A DNA stretch of 62,603 bases, the filler included, from Sphacelaria rigidula (Eukaryota): assembly GCA_964200075.2 (NCBI GenBank). It is 8 parts of 8 records of this genome, joined end to end, with 100 filler letters (N's around TTAATTAATTAA, not from the genome) between each part and the next. Parts side by side here need not be neighbours in the genome. Positions count along the whole stretch, not along the records: positions 31,354 to 39,091 come from CAXNAA020013619.1; positions 39,192 to 46,929 come from CAXNAA020013620.1; positions 47,030 to 54,766 come from CAXNAA020013621.1; 5 more parts are not named here. One strand, written 5' to 3'. Positions within the stretch are counted from its first letter, which is position 1; each line of letters opens with the position of its first letter. The notes below the pieces were generated by a model. It worked only from the letters and a program-made list of their open reading frames with translations. It was not told the origin of the DNA and searched no databases. The position numbers were made by a program, and so were the translations under genes. Of this stretch, positions 37,093 through 48,970 are shown piece by piece.

Positions 37093-38996
37093 GACTGAAA
37101 AAAATCAACAACGCATGCATCATGATTTTGTGTGCATGCAGGGGTGAGAAAAGTTCTATTATTAGTCCCAGCAGTGTTGGTTCTGACCTCAACTCACCCT
37201 TCGACGACACCATGATCGATTTACTCGTTGGGCACATATGACGACCATGCCCGAACCCCGCACTGAGCAACACGCTGAAGGCTCGCTGCATACTACTAAT
37301 TTTCGGTGTGCCTGCAAGGTGGTACCATCAAAGCGAACTCGTCCATAGTGTCCAGGACACGACAACTAAGCTTCTGTTATTCTACACGACCGCACAACAA
37401 CGCCCTCCACAACACACAGCGTGTTACTTGTGTGGGACTGCCAGGTGCTGGTGGGTGGCTGCTCCCTTCTTGCCCAGACATGGTGCCACCCAGCAATTGG
37501 TATCGTATTCTCCCCGTTGTCAGAGCGGCGAGCTATGGATTTTGGGCTGTACGCTGTGGGCTGTGGGTATAACCAGCCGTAAGCTGTGGTTTGTGTATGG
37601 CGAATGTTGGACTGCTGTGACCTACGGGACCCTACATATGTCCTCTTTCCTCTGAGTTTGGAGGTGCTAGACTAGTAACGGCGTTTTTTCCGGGTGCCTG
37701 AAAGCGTGCCTGAAAGTGCCTGGCAAAAGACAGGCAAAATAGCCACAAAAAACAGTAGTTGAGGCTCACTTATTTCTGAAAATTTAGTTTCCGCATGTTT
37801 TCAGGCATATCTTGAACCCTAGGGCCTAATACGGGGTGGTCTGATGCGAGTGGGATTTTCATCAGCGATTTAGCATCCACCTACACAAACTTCGGATTTC
37901 TGCGAAATGCTGCCATGTGTACGAGTTGGGCCAGCTGACCGTGATTTTTCAATGTTTCCGGGCACGGCTGTGGGTAATTCGAGAAGTTGGACGCTGAAAT
38001 TTTGCGCGAAATTTTCGATCATCAAGACGCACAACCTTCCCGGGGATGCAACGAAAAAAATGAAGAAAAAAAAAAACAGAAAGTCAGAGCGATTTGAAGT
38101 TTCTGCAATTTTTGTGAAAATGCTATAACTCCGTGAAAATAACAGAAATACGTCGGCATCCCTCGGGGTGTTGTGCGTACTTGTGTGCAGGAGATCCTGG
38201 TGCAATTTCGACCAGAAATACCTCAAATTGGGCGCAGCAGGGCACTTTTTGTGTGACACTGCTGCGTACTTTTCATCCAAGTGATAAAGGAGACTCCAGT
38301 TATGGAGGTCACGAGTTCGAATACCTACGATTTCCTTTTTTTTGTTCCGTCGGTAAGGTTATACATTGTACAGTACATTTTTTTCAATTTTTTCTTCATT
38401 CAGCGGCGGTGCCGTGCGTTGCCAGGTTGGTCTGTAGGTCACACCGATATGCTCAAGTGGGGCTGATTTGGTAAACTTGGTAAGTCATGGTGTGACATGC
38501 AAATGCGACATTTACTGCTGGCCCAGCTCGTATGCATATTTGCTCGAGAATCACAATATTTAGAAATGGAAGAATCAGACAAGATGGGGAGGATTTTTCA
38601 AAAGTAACTCCGGTACCACCGCGCCACGGTCCTAGGTGGAGATACATTCTACGGAGCCAACCTGAAACTGCTATCCCTTAATTTTCCTTTTCTGCGGGGC
38701 TGGTCAACGCTTTCCCTATTATGTTAGGCAGCCTGGTGTACTTATTTCTGTGCTCTCCCGAAGTTGTGCAGTCTCTTGTTCTCTCGTGCGGTCTCTGTGT
38801 AGCTGAGTCTCAACTTGCGTCCATAGCTACGCTTTTTGTACGGCCTCCGAACCTGAAGCCCTTCAAGGGGGCTAATGTCTTTCTATACTTCTTGGGTCCG
38901 GTACTGTTTCTGAGCGTGCCGTCCACCACTTCAATTTCCTATCTTCCCTCCCCTATTTGTTCTCCCCCGCCCCCCCCTCCCCCGGGATGATCGTAC

Positions 38997-39091
38997 CACG
39001 TAGTGTTTAAATTGTGAGGCACCCATGAGGCAGTGTACAAGCCGTGGCTGTCTCAGGAAGTGGCTATACCACAAAATAAAGCAACTCATTG
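38997..39091 (+). repeat. Family X internal fragment, cut by the contig end
   Basis: GTGTTTAAA..GTGAG.CACCCATGA.GGCAGTGT..AAGCCGTGGCTGTCTC matches 8523-8612. Confidence 0.75.
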
Positions 39092-39191
39092 NNNNNNNNN
39101 NNNNNNNNNNNNNNNNNNNNNNNNNNNNNNNNNNNTTAATTAATTAANNNNNNNNNNNNNNNNNNNNNNNNNNNNNNNNNNNNNNNNNNNN
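39092..39191. other. Artificial contig spacer
   Basis: 100-bp N gap with TTAATTAATTAA. Confidence 0.99.
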
Positions 39192-41649
39192 TTGTGTTTC
39201 CTTTTTTTTTCTTTTTTAATTATAAATTATTCTCTCCTGACTACATGTTTGTTTATTTTGTTCTCCCCCCCCCCCCCCCCCCCGCCCCGCGCCTCCGATA
39301 GTGTTAGCCGAGCACGTGATCCATCCTCCTCTCACAAAGATGATACTTACACAAACGCACACCAAAGATAGCATGGGCTCGTGCTCCCCGCGGGTATCCC
39401 CTGAAACCAAGTACCCAATCGACGATAACTGTTCCGGAACATATCTTACCCTTCGCCATGTTGTCTGCCGTGGCAATGTTTCTTTTTTATTGTGTATGAT
39501 GTTTTGATGTCTTCAGGCTTGTCGCCCAGGTTACGAGAAGGGGAGAAGAAGCAGAGGGCGGCTGTTTCCCTTCGCGAACGATCTCGCCAGGTGCAAGAAT
39601 ATGTTTTTGCGTCATTTTCCAGTACTGGGTGGGCGAGAGCATCTTTCTCTCTTTGCCTTTTTCCCTTTGGTTTTAACCCCTTGTTTTTTTATCACGTGCG
39701 AGAGGTCAAAGGCTTCCATCATGATGAGTTTCGACGATATGCTCACGTACGTTACACCGAATGTGCACGAGACTACACTGTAGTCACTCCCTAATCACCG
39801 CTGTCGTAACAGGACGTGGTGAGCACGCACAGCGATCGTCCGTGGCAAGGAAAACGAAACATTGCTAGCAAGTAGGTAGCCCTAAAGCTCTCTGGTGCCA
39901 AATTCAGGAACACAGCAGCAGTAGAAACCGTTTCAGAAGGTGTTGTAGAGTGACACGCTGAACCTGAATTTGCACCCCACATGAAACGACCTACAGGGAA
40001 AGCGTTCGTTGGAAGAGTGCGGAGACTAGATGCTTAGCTTTGACGAGCCACGATGCACTGTGCGAGCTTGAAACGCAGCAACAAACTCGGCGGACGAAAC
40101 ACGCATGTCTCAGACTGAGGGTTTGAGCCACCTTTCGCGGTGTCATGTGTAGTTGGTGCCGAGAAGTTATGCCATCCACGGCAAGACCCCGCTTACTCAG
40201 CAGCAGATGTCGGGGTCCCCAGCGGTATAAAATAGCTTCAACGCAAATGCGCAACAGAAAAATCTCTATCGAGCAAGAAGAGAAGGCTACCACAGTACAC
40301 CTCAAGATGTATGAAAGTTGATGTGCCCATTCTGACTTTCGGATGCAGCGTGTGTGATCCTAAAGCCGGTCAGAAAACATGATGCTGGCGATGCTGTGCG
40401 ATTCTGCTATGATATGTACCGTACAGTTCTGTCCTGCCCTATCCTATCCTGTCCTATCCTTCCCTTGTATGGTACGGTACACTACGGTGTTTTCCAGTGT
40501 GCCGCAGACGACACTACACGTTACTGTACTGTCCCACATGGGCCTAGGTTGTACGATTCTACTGTTGCGCCTATTTCTTTTTCGCTTTTTTTTACTTCCC
40601 AAATACTGAGACGAATTGATGAACCCATGTCCCACTCGTTTCCACTTTTCTTTGTTTAAAGACTGGGATTATGACGGGGCATATGTCTCAGCTCTTTGTT
40701 TTTTTTCTCTTTCATCATTCCTCTCTTGGTTTGTGACTCCCCCCCTCCCGCCCCCCCCGCGCCGTACCTACCGTTTCACTGAACACCTGTTGGCTTTTTT
40801 TTCTCGTAGAAAACTGACTAGCGTGTATGACGGGGAGGAGCAGGAGGAGGAAGGTGAAGACGAAGCCGAGCCAGAAACAGAGAACGACAGAAAACCCCGA
40901 GAGCCTCGAAAGGTGAGTAAGTTTCTTCAACTGCTTTGATTTACCCACCAATGTGAAGACAACAATCAATCAATGGGTCTCTGTATCTCCGTGGGGCGAT
41001 GCACTTGATATGTTCCAGTTTGTTCCCCGACCAGCTGGATTCCCGTACACGGTTTGCTAGATAACGGTAGGGTAGGGTAAGTAAGGTACTTCCCAGTCCA
41101 TATCTCAAGGCCATAGAAAACTCAATACTGTTGCGAATACTCTGGGGACAACCCAGGGTACGTCAAGTGTGATATCCTAGAGCAATTTCCTTCGATGTTT
41201 GCTGGCTTCATCATTCCCCCCCTCTCTTTTCGTACGATCCCTCCCTTTTTACCTCCCTCCCCCCTGGTATACTCACTGAAGAGTGTAATGGTAGGTAGAT
41301 AACCCGTGATGGTGATGTTGATTCGGAACCATTTTTAGGCCTCCAAACTGAGACAAGTTCTTGCTGTTTGTAGCAATAGTTTTTTTCAATTCACGTAAAA
41401 GAGTCAAATGGGTGCAAGTGTGTCGAGGACTCACCACATTTTTAGTTGGACGCGCTGTCCTGATCTCGTGATATAATGGGAAAATGCGTACATTTCCCTG
41501 TGCATTTTGCTCCGTTTGATAAACTTCATTTTCACCTGCATCAAGCTTCCGACTTGTTCCCTCCGATGCAGCAGTTTGCACGTGCTCGCGGTGAGGTAGG
41601 GTGCAAAGTAGGGTATTTTGAGGCCTCGATACCCTGAATACCTTAGACT

Positions 41650-42090
41650 CCGGAGTATTTTCGACGGTCGATGCCCTGTGTCCCCTGGATTGCTGATTAT
41701 CTTCGGCAGTCAATACAGTAGCCTGCGTCCAGTCGAATACCGGGTACTGTGCTACTCCGAGTACCGTGCCCCGGGATGACGGGTATCCCTGGGTGCGTAC
41801 CATACTCGGACCGCCTTTGTTGCTATTGGACATGGTGCGTGTAGCCTGAACTTGTGTATTTACACTCTCTTTTCGCCTAAATTCTCTTGTTGGCTGCACT
41901 CAATGACTGACCCTCGTATTTGACGTTACGATTGAATGACGTATATACGTATGCCCAGGTAAAGCCCACAAGAACCTCGAATTCAGAGGCGCGGGCAGAA
42001 GGGTACATGGTGGTGGATCTGTTGAAGCGATCCCTTGCTGTGGAGAAGGTTCGGGAAGCAAGAGCTAGGCAGCTCACACACGCAGGCACG
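41650..42090 (+). mobile_element. Possible heavily decayed RTE-like LINE C-terminal fragment
   Basis: Weak peptide resemblance only (EARAEGYM...AVEKVREAR; LCYSEY..AYHTR...IG). Confidence 0.25.
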
Positions 42091-43959
42091 GGCGGTAAGT
42101 CTCGAAGCGAAATATGTGGATGCTTAGGTGGGTTGGTTGGCTGGTTGATTGAGCGATTGGCTTCAAGTAGCTGGTCCTATCGACTGAGGTGGCAATGTTT
42201 TGTTGCCAAAAAGTCACGAGCTCGCCCTCGCGTCTTGATCGATTGATGATTGCGTCGATCTTCGCGGATCCAATGCACACCTAGCCGTAGTCCAAAATTA
42301 TTATACTCGTGCGTGCTCGAGGCGAAGGAACCCAAACACTCCGCCGATGGAACTCGAGTGCGGTATTGCTCGCGCGGTAGTGTGCAATAGAATTATACGC
42401 TGCACTGCCGTGTGACATACAACAACACCCTGTGCTGTGCAGTATCATACTATCATACCTTGCGCTCCGGTACGACACTTTCTGAAAGCCCACAACACGG
42501 GACTCCACACACAGCATGCCTTTGTAATGTCATACACCGCACGATTCACGCTATACCATGATCAAAGTGATCCCGATCTTGTAGAACCTCATGTAACGCA
42601 AAATGCTTCCTCAGGGGCCGCTGGTAAGAGACTACACCAACAGGCAACAAAACAATTCAATATGCAAATAGCCGACCGCTTGAACTATGCCCACGCAACG
42701 TATTACGAGTCGAATGTCAAATCTTTGCGTTCGCTATATATTAGTTCCGTCCATCCTAGTTTCGACCACCTGCCCCAGATTGCTGTTGGTGAGTCCATAC
42801 CATGGTCTCGAGGTATTCTCGAGGGAACAAGCAACCCATCTCTACCTGGGTACCTGCTGGAATCATTGATGTAGAACACTCAACCAGCGCTCTCGCGGCC
42901 TTTCCCAACCCTCGTACTACAGTAGTACCAACAGCGCGCGGGATAAAAACAATGGAGCGCTCTCCAAGCAAGGCATACGTTCATTAGAGCTAAGCCCCAG
43001 CCCCTCACCCTACCCTGTCGAGGGAGAGTTGGGTAGATGGATCGATCCTTGAGATGATGGACGCGTGCCAAGTAAAGCACCGGAGGAAATAACCTTTTCA
43101 GCGCCCACGATGGACATCTGGATATCACAGTCGCGTTTCAAGTAATGGTGATGCTGATTCAATACACGGGCACACGTTGTCGATCAGGGGGTCGAAATTT
43201 CAGTATGCCGAAAAAAATGAGTGAAGCCCCAGCAACTGAACACTCCTCCCGACCCCCTCCCCCGCTCCCGCGCGCGTCACCCTACCGTGTCGTTGGTTGG
43301 TGTTCAGCTCGCTCCTGGACGTCGCCCGTAATATTTCTTGTCTTCCACGGTGTGCACTACGATGCTGGCAGCTCTGCTGGCCGTCACTGTGGACGTCGCC
43401 GTTTCACCAGATGCCGCATGTATCGCCGGGGTTGACAGGTTGTGATGGCGATGGTGATGGTAGTGGTGATAGTTGTTGGTGGAGATCCTGCGATATATCA
43501 GTTCGTTTGTGATCTGACGGTGGAAACGCAACATGGAAGCAGGAACTGTTGAAGACCACGTTCTTACCATGACATGCAATGGGATGCATTTTGTGTCCTT
43601 GAGCTTGTAGCTTCGAATTGGGGAAAAGGTTGGGTCGTTGATTGTGTGTCGATTCATGGCGAACGTCGGATGGGTTCGTTATATGATCGCAGGATATGGA
43701 CTGTCAAGGGGGGTGCTTGATCCTTGCACACGCACCTCGTCTGGGTGAGAACACAATATATGGGTGGGACAAGACGCGCTATCACGCAGAGGGCGTAGCG
43801 TTGTGTGAGCTGACCCTTCCACGGTCCACATACAAGGAAAATATATCTGGTACAATGGCTGAGATTCCGATCTTTCTCCACCACGGCACTTTTCTTGTAG
43901 GGGCGATCGAGCTCGGGAGTGCTGTCGCCATGGGTGATGATAGTACACGTCGTGGCGTG

Positions 43960-46929
43960 CGGAAGTTGTTGCGGAGGGGAGACCGGGGGGAAGGGCTTGC
44001 TCGTGTAGAGGGGGGCGAAATTGAAACCTAGTTTCGCCCGCCCTCGGGTGATATACCACGTATATCGTCCATGGTATGCCTCATGACGGGCGCATCTGTC
44101 GCTTGGGGGTGAGAAGCGCGAGGGGGGGGGTTTGCTTGTGGAAAAAGTCGATCTCGTAATGTTGTGTCGCCCTGGATGTGTCATGGCTGGCGGAGTTTTG
44201 CGTATGGAAGAGATTGAAGGCTCCGGGGGGCAGGGTGGCCCATTCAAAGTCGAGTTTGGGGTTCGATGTCGCCCTGGTGGCATACGCGTGGCAGTGGACG
44301 CTCGTGGAGAAGGAGGGCGTGCTTGTTGAGGAAATGCGGCGTGATGATTGCTGTCGCCCTGGGTGGTGTACACCGTATTTCGCATACCGCATGCCCCGTA
44401 GCAGGCGGGATTTGCAGCGGAAGGGGGTCTGGGGGCCTGGGACGGGAGGAGTGGGTTTTCGGGGAAGTCAAACTTGGGATTTGTCGGTGGCCTGGCGGCA
44501 TACGCGAGGGAGTCGGGATAGTGAAGGAGTTTGATGGTGGAGAGGGAGTCGAGGTTGGGGTTTCTTGTCACCTAGGCGGTTCATGCAGTGGCAGGGAAAT
44601 GGGGAAGAAGAGAGCTTGCTTGTGAAGTAGATGGAGGTCGGGATTTCTCGTCGTGCGGCGAGGAATACTCCGTGGTATCACCTATGGTATAGCACGAAGC
44701 AGGCCGAATATACTCAGGGCAGGGGGCGGGGGGGAAGGGGTGAGGGCTTGCTTGCGTCAGACTTCGAGGTTAGGACTTGCTGTTCGCTCTGCATGGTGCA
44801 CACGTGAGAGGGCAGGCGAGGAAGGGAGAAGCCCAGCTCTTGGAAGAAATTGGGCTCGAAATTTTCTGGCGCCTTAGGTAAGGTATTCCGTATGTCACCT
44901 ATGGCATGCCCCGAGGCGGGCGAAATCGGCATGCGGAGATGGGGAGGGTGAGGGGCAGGGCTCGCGTGTTCCAGAAGTCAAGGTTGGGACTCGTTGTCGC
45001 CTTGGGTGGTGTAGGCGTGAGGTGACAGACACGAATGGGAGAGGACCGCCTCGTGAAGGAAGTCGAGGTTGGGCTTTGTTGGAGCCCTGAGTGAAGTACT
45101 CCGGATGTGAGGTGTGGTATCCCGCGTGACGGGCGGAGTTGACATACGGGAGTGGAGGAGAGGAGGGAGCAGAGACCGCTTATTGGGGACGCAGAGGTAG
45201 GGATCCGTTGTCGTCCTGCGTGGTGTATACGAGAGAGGCAGGCGGGGGTAGGACAGGGCCGTGTCGTGGAAGTAGTGAAGCTTGGGATTTGTGTGGGGCC
45301 CTGGTGGTGTAGACTTGAGAGGGCAGGGGGGGGTGGAAGATGGCTAGCTTGTGGAGGAAATCGAGCTTGGGGTTCGTTGGTGCCCTGGCTGAGGAACTCC
45401 ACATATCACCCATGGTACGCCGCGCGGCGAGCAGAATTAGACGTGTGGGGGTGGGGGAGGAGTAGGGACAGTTTGTTGTGCAAGAAACTTTCCAAAGTAC
45501 CCCCCCCAAACCAGCCCAAAACTGTCACGAAGAAAATGGACATACAGCGCCTGATGTGTGGTTTCAGGCTGCATGAAGCGCCTCAAATGGGCGACATAAG
45601 CGAAAACGAATCCAAGTGTTGGAATTCTCAGCTGCTCGTTTTGCTCGGCTTCTTTCATTTCGATTTACGTGTAGACTATGCCTCCCTACCTAGCCCATCC
45701 GCTTCTTGCGGGGGGGGCTATCGTAGAGAGTGTCGCAAGTTGAGTTTGGGATTCGATGTCGCCCCACTGTTGTAAGCGTGAGAAGGCAGGCGGGGACGGC
45801 AGAGGGTTGGCTCGTGGCGAAATGAGGCTGCGATTGTTTGGCGCACTGAGCTAGGTACTCCGTATATAGCGTATGATGTGTCGCCTGGCGGACGGAATTG
45901 ACGTGTGTGGGATGGGAAGGCGGGGGACAGGGCTTGGTTGCTGAGGAGGTAGAGGTCGGGCTCCGTCGCCGGTGGTGTACGCGTGAGGGGGAAGGTTGGG
46001 GAGGGAGAGGGTTGGGTCGTGGAGGAGTACACCTTGGGATTCATTGGCACCTTGTGTGAGATACTTTGTATATGAGGTATGGTATGCCGCGTGGCGGATG
46101 GCGGGCGGCGATGACGTGTGTGGGATGGGGCAGGGCTTGCTTGCTGAGGAGGTCGAGGTTGGGGTCCGTTGTCGCCCCGGTTGTGTGCGCGTGAGAGGGC
46201 AGGATGGGCTGGAAGAGGGCTGGGTGGTGGAGACGTACAGCTGGGGACGTATCGGCGCCTTGATTGAAACACTTCGTATATGTGGTATGGTATGCTGTGT
46301 GGCGGGCGGCGTTGATGTATGTGGGATGGGAAGGCGGGGGTAGGGCTTGCTTGCTGAGGAGGTAGAGTCTGGATGGGAAGGAGGAGATCTGGTGGATGGA
46401 GAAGTACAGCTGGGGGTATATTGGCGCCGTCAGTGAGATACTCCGTATATGAGGTATGGTATGCCGCGTGGCGGGTGGCGGGCGGCGTTGACGTGTGTGG
46501 GATGGGAGGGGGGGGGCAGGGCTTGCTTGCTGAGGAGGTCGAGGTTGGGGTCCGTTGTCGCCCCGGTTGTGTGCGCGTGAGAGGGCAGGATGGGCTGGAA
46601 GAGGGCTGGGTCGTGGAGACGTACAGCTGGGGACGTATCGGCGCCTTGATTGAAACACTCCGTATATGTGGTATGGTATGCTGTGTGGCGAGCGGCGTTG
46701 ATGTATGTGGGATGGGAGGCGGGGGTAGGGCTTGCTTGCTGAGGAGGTAGAGTCTGGATGGGAAGGAAGAGATCTGGTGGATGGAGAAGTACAGCTGGGG
46801 GTATATTGGCGCCGTCAGTGAGATACTCCGTATATGAGGTATGGTATGCCGCGTGGCGGGCGGCGTTGACGTGTGTGGGATGGGAGGGGGGGGGCAGGGC
46901 TTGCTTGCTGAGGAGGTAGAGTTTGGATA
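43960..46929. repeat. G-rich complex satellite with ~380-386-bp period, degenerate on the left and homogeneous at the contig end
   Basis: TATGAGGTATGGTATGCCGCGTGGCGG recurs at about 46072, 46448 and 46833; GGGCTTGCTTGCTGAGGAGGT recurs at about 46133, 46343, 46519, 46728 and 46897. The duplicated ORFs are offset by 386 nt. Confidence 0.9.
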
Positions 46930-47029
46930 NNNNNNNNNNNNNNNNNNNNNNNNNNNNNNNNNNNNNNNNNNNNTTAATTAATTAANNNNNNNNNNNNNNN
47001 NNNNNNNNNNNNNNNNNNNNNNNNNNNNN
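46930..47029. other. Artificial contig spacer
   Basis: 100-bp N gap with TTAATTAATTAA. Confidence 0.99.
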
Positions 47030-47360
47030 ACAAACAACAAACGCCAGATCTGTCAAAAATGTACTCCGAAAGAAAGGAAGAGAGAAGATAATGAAGGACA
47101 AAACAGGAAAAGACAGGTGACACAAGGACATTAGTATGGCCACATGGATACTGACCAGTTTATGCGTGATAATCAATAAAATCATACTTCGTATGTAAAT
47201 TTCCAAGGATCGGACGAATAATGGCTGGTTCCAGTTACCAAATCTACGATCTATGAGGCCCGAGTGCTCGCAAGAGAGAGACAAAGTCGACCACGAGTCA
47301 AAAGCATCTCTACCTCCACTTCGCGCTATTCCACGTGCCTGAGGTGCGCGAACCTGGGGG

Positions 47361-47743
47361 GTGTTGTGTTGTGTTGTGTTGTGTTGTCATCCCATCTATT
47401 CTGGACGCCAGTGTACACCTTTCGGCATTTGTGGGTGCGTCAGCCAGGGTCACACAGGAGGAAGGCCAATACAGGGTTTCTTTTTCTTTTGTTCCAGCAC
47501 CCCATATTTTCCTTCTGCGATGCTTGCTTTGTTTTTTTATCGCGAAATTGGTTCAGCAGTAGTCCCTTTCCCTCGTCGATCGTAAAGGCGAATTTAGTGT
47601 ACCCACGATATACTGCAGCCACTCTCCACTGTTGGGCACTGTTTGTGGGGAAAAATAATCTCAGATCATGTGACTGGACCGAGATTCGAACCCACGACCC
47701 AACCGTCAGAAGGTTTCGAGGTTACCAACTGAGCCACCGGGGG
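47361..47743 (-). mobile_element. tRNA-derived SINE, copy 1
   Basis: Minus strand has an A box (CCGGTGGCTCAGTTGG), a B box (GGTTCGAATC), a ~300-bp body and a (CAACA)n tail. Confidence 0.85.
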
Positions 47744-47925
47744 GTGCAACTCTAAAAGCAAATGCCAAGGATACATTCGCACACTACGAATCGCTTACAC
47801 AGAGAGCAAGCATTTTTCAAACGGGTCAATTTTTGTGCGACTCCTGAAAATTTCCCCAAGGTTGTGTTCTGTAAAGTATACCGACTGAAATTCGGGTATT
47901 TGCAGAAGTGTTGAAGTCCGCACCG

Positions 47926-48302
47926 GTCGCCCCGGTGGCTCAGTCGATAACCTCGGAAGCTTTCAACGATTGGGTTGTGGGTTCGAATCTCGGGGCAATC
48001 ACACGGTCTGGGATTTTTCCTCACACCATATCCGGCAGCGGAGAGCGACTATGTCTTGGGTACACAAAGTTCGACTTCAGTGCAGACGAGGGAAAAGGAC
48101 CGCTGAACCCTTCTCGCCATGAAAAACAAAAGGGGGGGCAAGCACCGCAGAAGGAAGGTGGAGTACTAGAACAAAAGAAAAACGAAAAAAAAGTCCTGTG
48201 TTGGCCCTCATCCTGTGTGCCCCCGACTGAAGCGTCCACAGATACTGAAAGGTGCAGACTGGCGTTCAGAATAGGTGGGATGACAACACACAACACACAC
48301 AT
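47926..48302 (+). mobile_element. tRNA-derived SINE, copy 2
   Basis: A box TGGCTCAGTCG at 47936 and B box GGTTCGAATC at 47980-47989. The body is homologous to copy 1 and the tail reads GGGATGACAACACACAACAC. Confidence 0.85.
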
Positions 48303-48439
48303 ACAAAGGGTATTTTCTGGTGCATACCGTTCTGGATCATAGTAAAGGGTCCGGTACGCACTCTCTGCTAACCAGAATACCCCCACTTGCAGGTATCCCC
48401 TCCAGATCACAACCTTGACATATTCACACCTCGGACGAT

Positions 48440-48970
48440 GATGAGAACATATCTGCATGACCCAATGGACGCGGCGAAATAATTGAAACTGCGATTTCGG
48501 GTGGGGGACCTGAACCTGCCAGGAAGAAGAAATATATTCACCAGTCGTCGAGAGGAGGAGGAAGTAGATCCACAGAATTGCCCCTGTGGCAAAGCAATAG
48601 AGAGCAGAAGTCACATAGTGGCAAAATGTGAACTATATAAGGAGGAATGGGACGTGCTAGAGGGGGGAAATGCGGGACGTGAACGAAGGTGGCATGGAAT
48701 CGTTTGATGCATAAGACAGTAGCGAGAAAACGATGGCTATACTAGGAGATCGATAGTGGCCAGAGATGACGAATCAGGACGGGGATAAGATATGTGGAAG
48801 TTTCTTGTCTTAATGTATGGAAGAAACGTAATGAGCCCCGGAATGTTGGAGGTGTCTCTATGAGGAGTAGGAACGGGGTCTCGAAAGGGATGCGTGGTCA
48901 ATGGTCAAGCGACTAAGGTGAGCAACAAATGAGTACGTCTCCCCCGCCCCCCGCCCCCCCCTCCCCCGGG
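48440..48970 (+). mobile_element. 5'-truncated non-LTR retrotransposon (LINE): ORF2 C-terminal zinc finger and 3' end
   Basis: KLRFRVGDL...CPCGKAIESRSHIVAKC is the C-terminal CCHC typical of LINE ORF2. ILGDR and WKKRNE follow, then a C-rich tail. Confidence 0.8.

Noticed and set aside
43654-46750. Long Pro/Arg/Gly-rich ORFs (305, 207, 205 and 184 aa)
   Set aside because: They are translations of a GC-skewed satellite with few stop codons and show no domain signal.
47926-48003. Functional tRNA gene (also 47670-47743 on the minus strand)
   Set aside because: A and B boxes are present but the acceptor and anticodon stems are poor, and both copies continue into a shared body and simple-repeat tail, as expected for a SINE.
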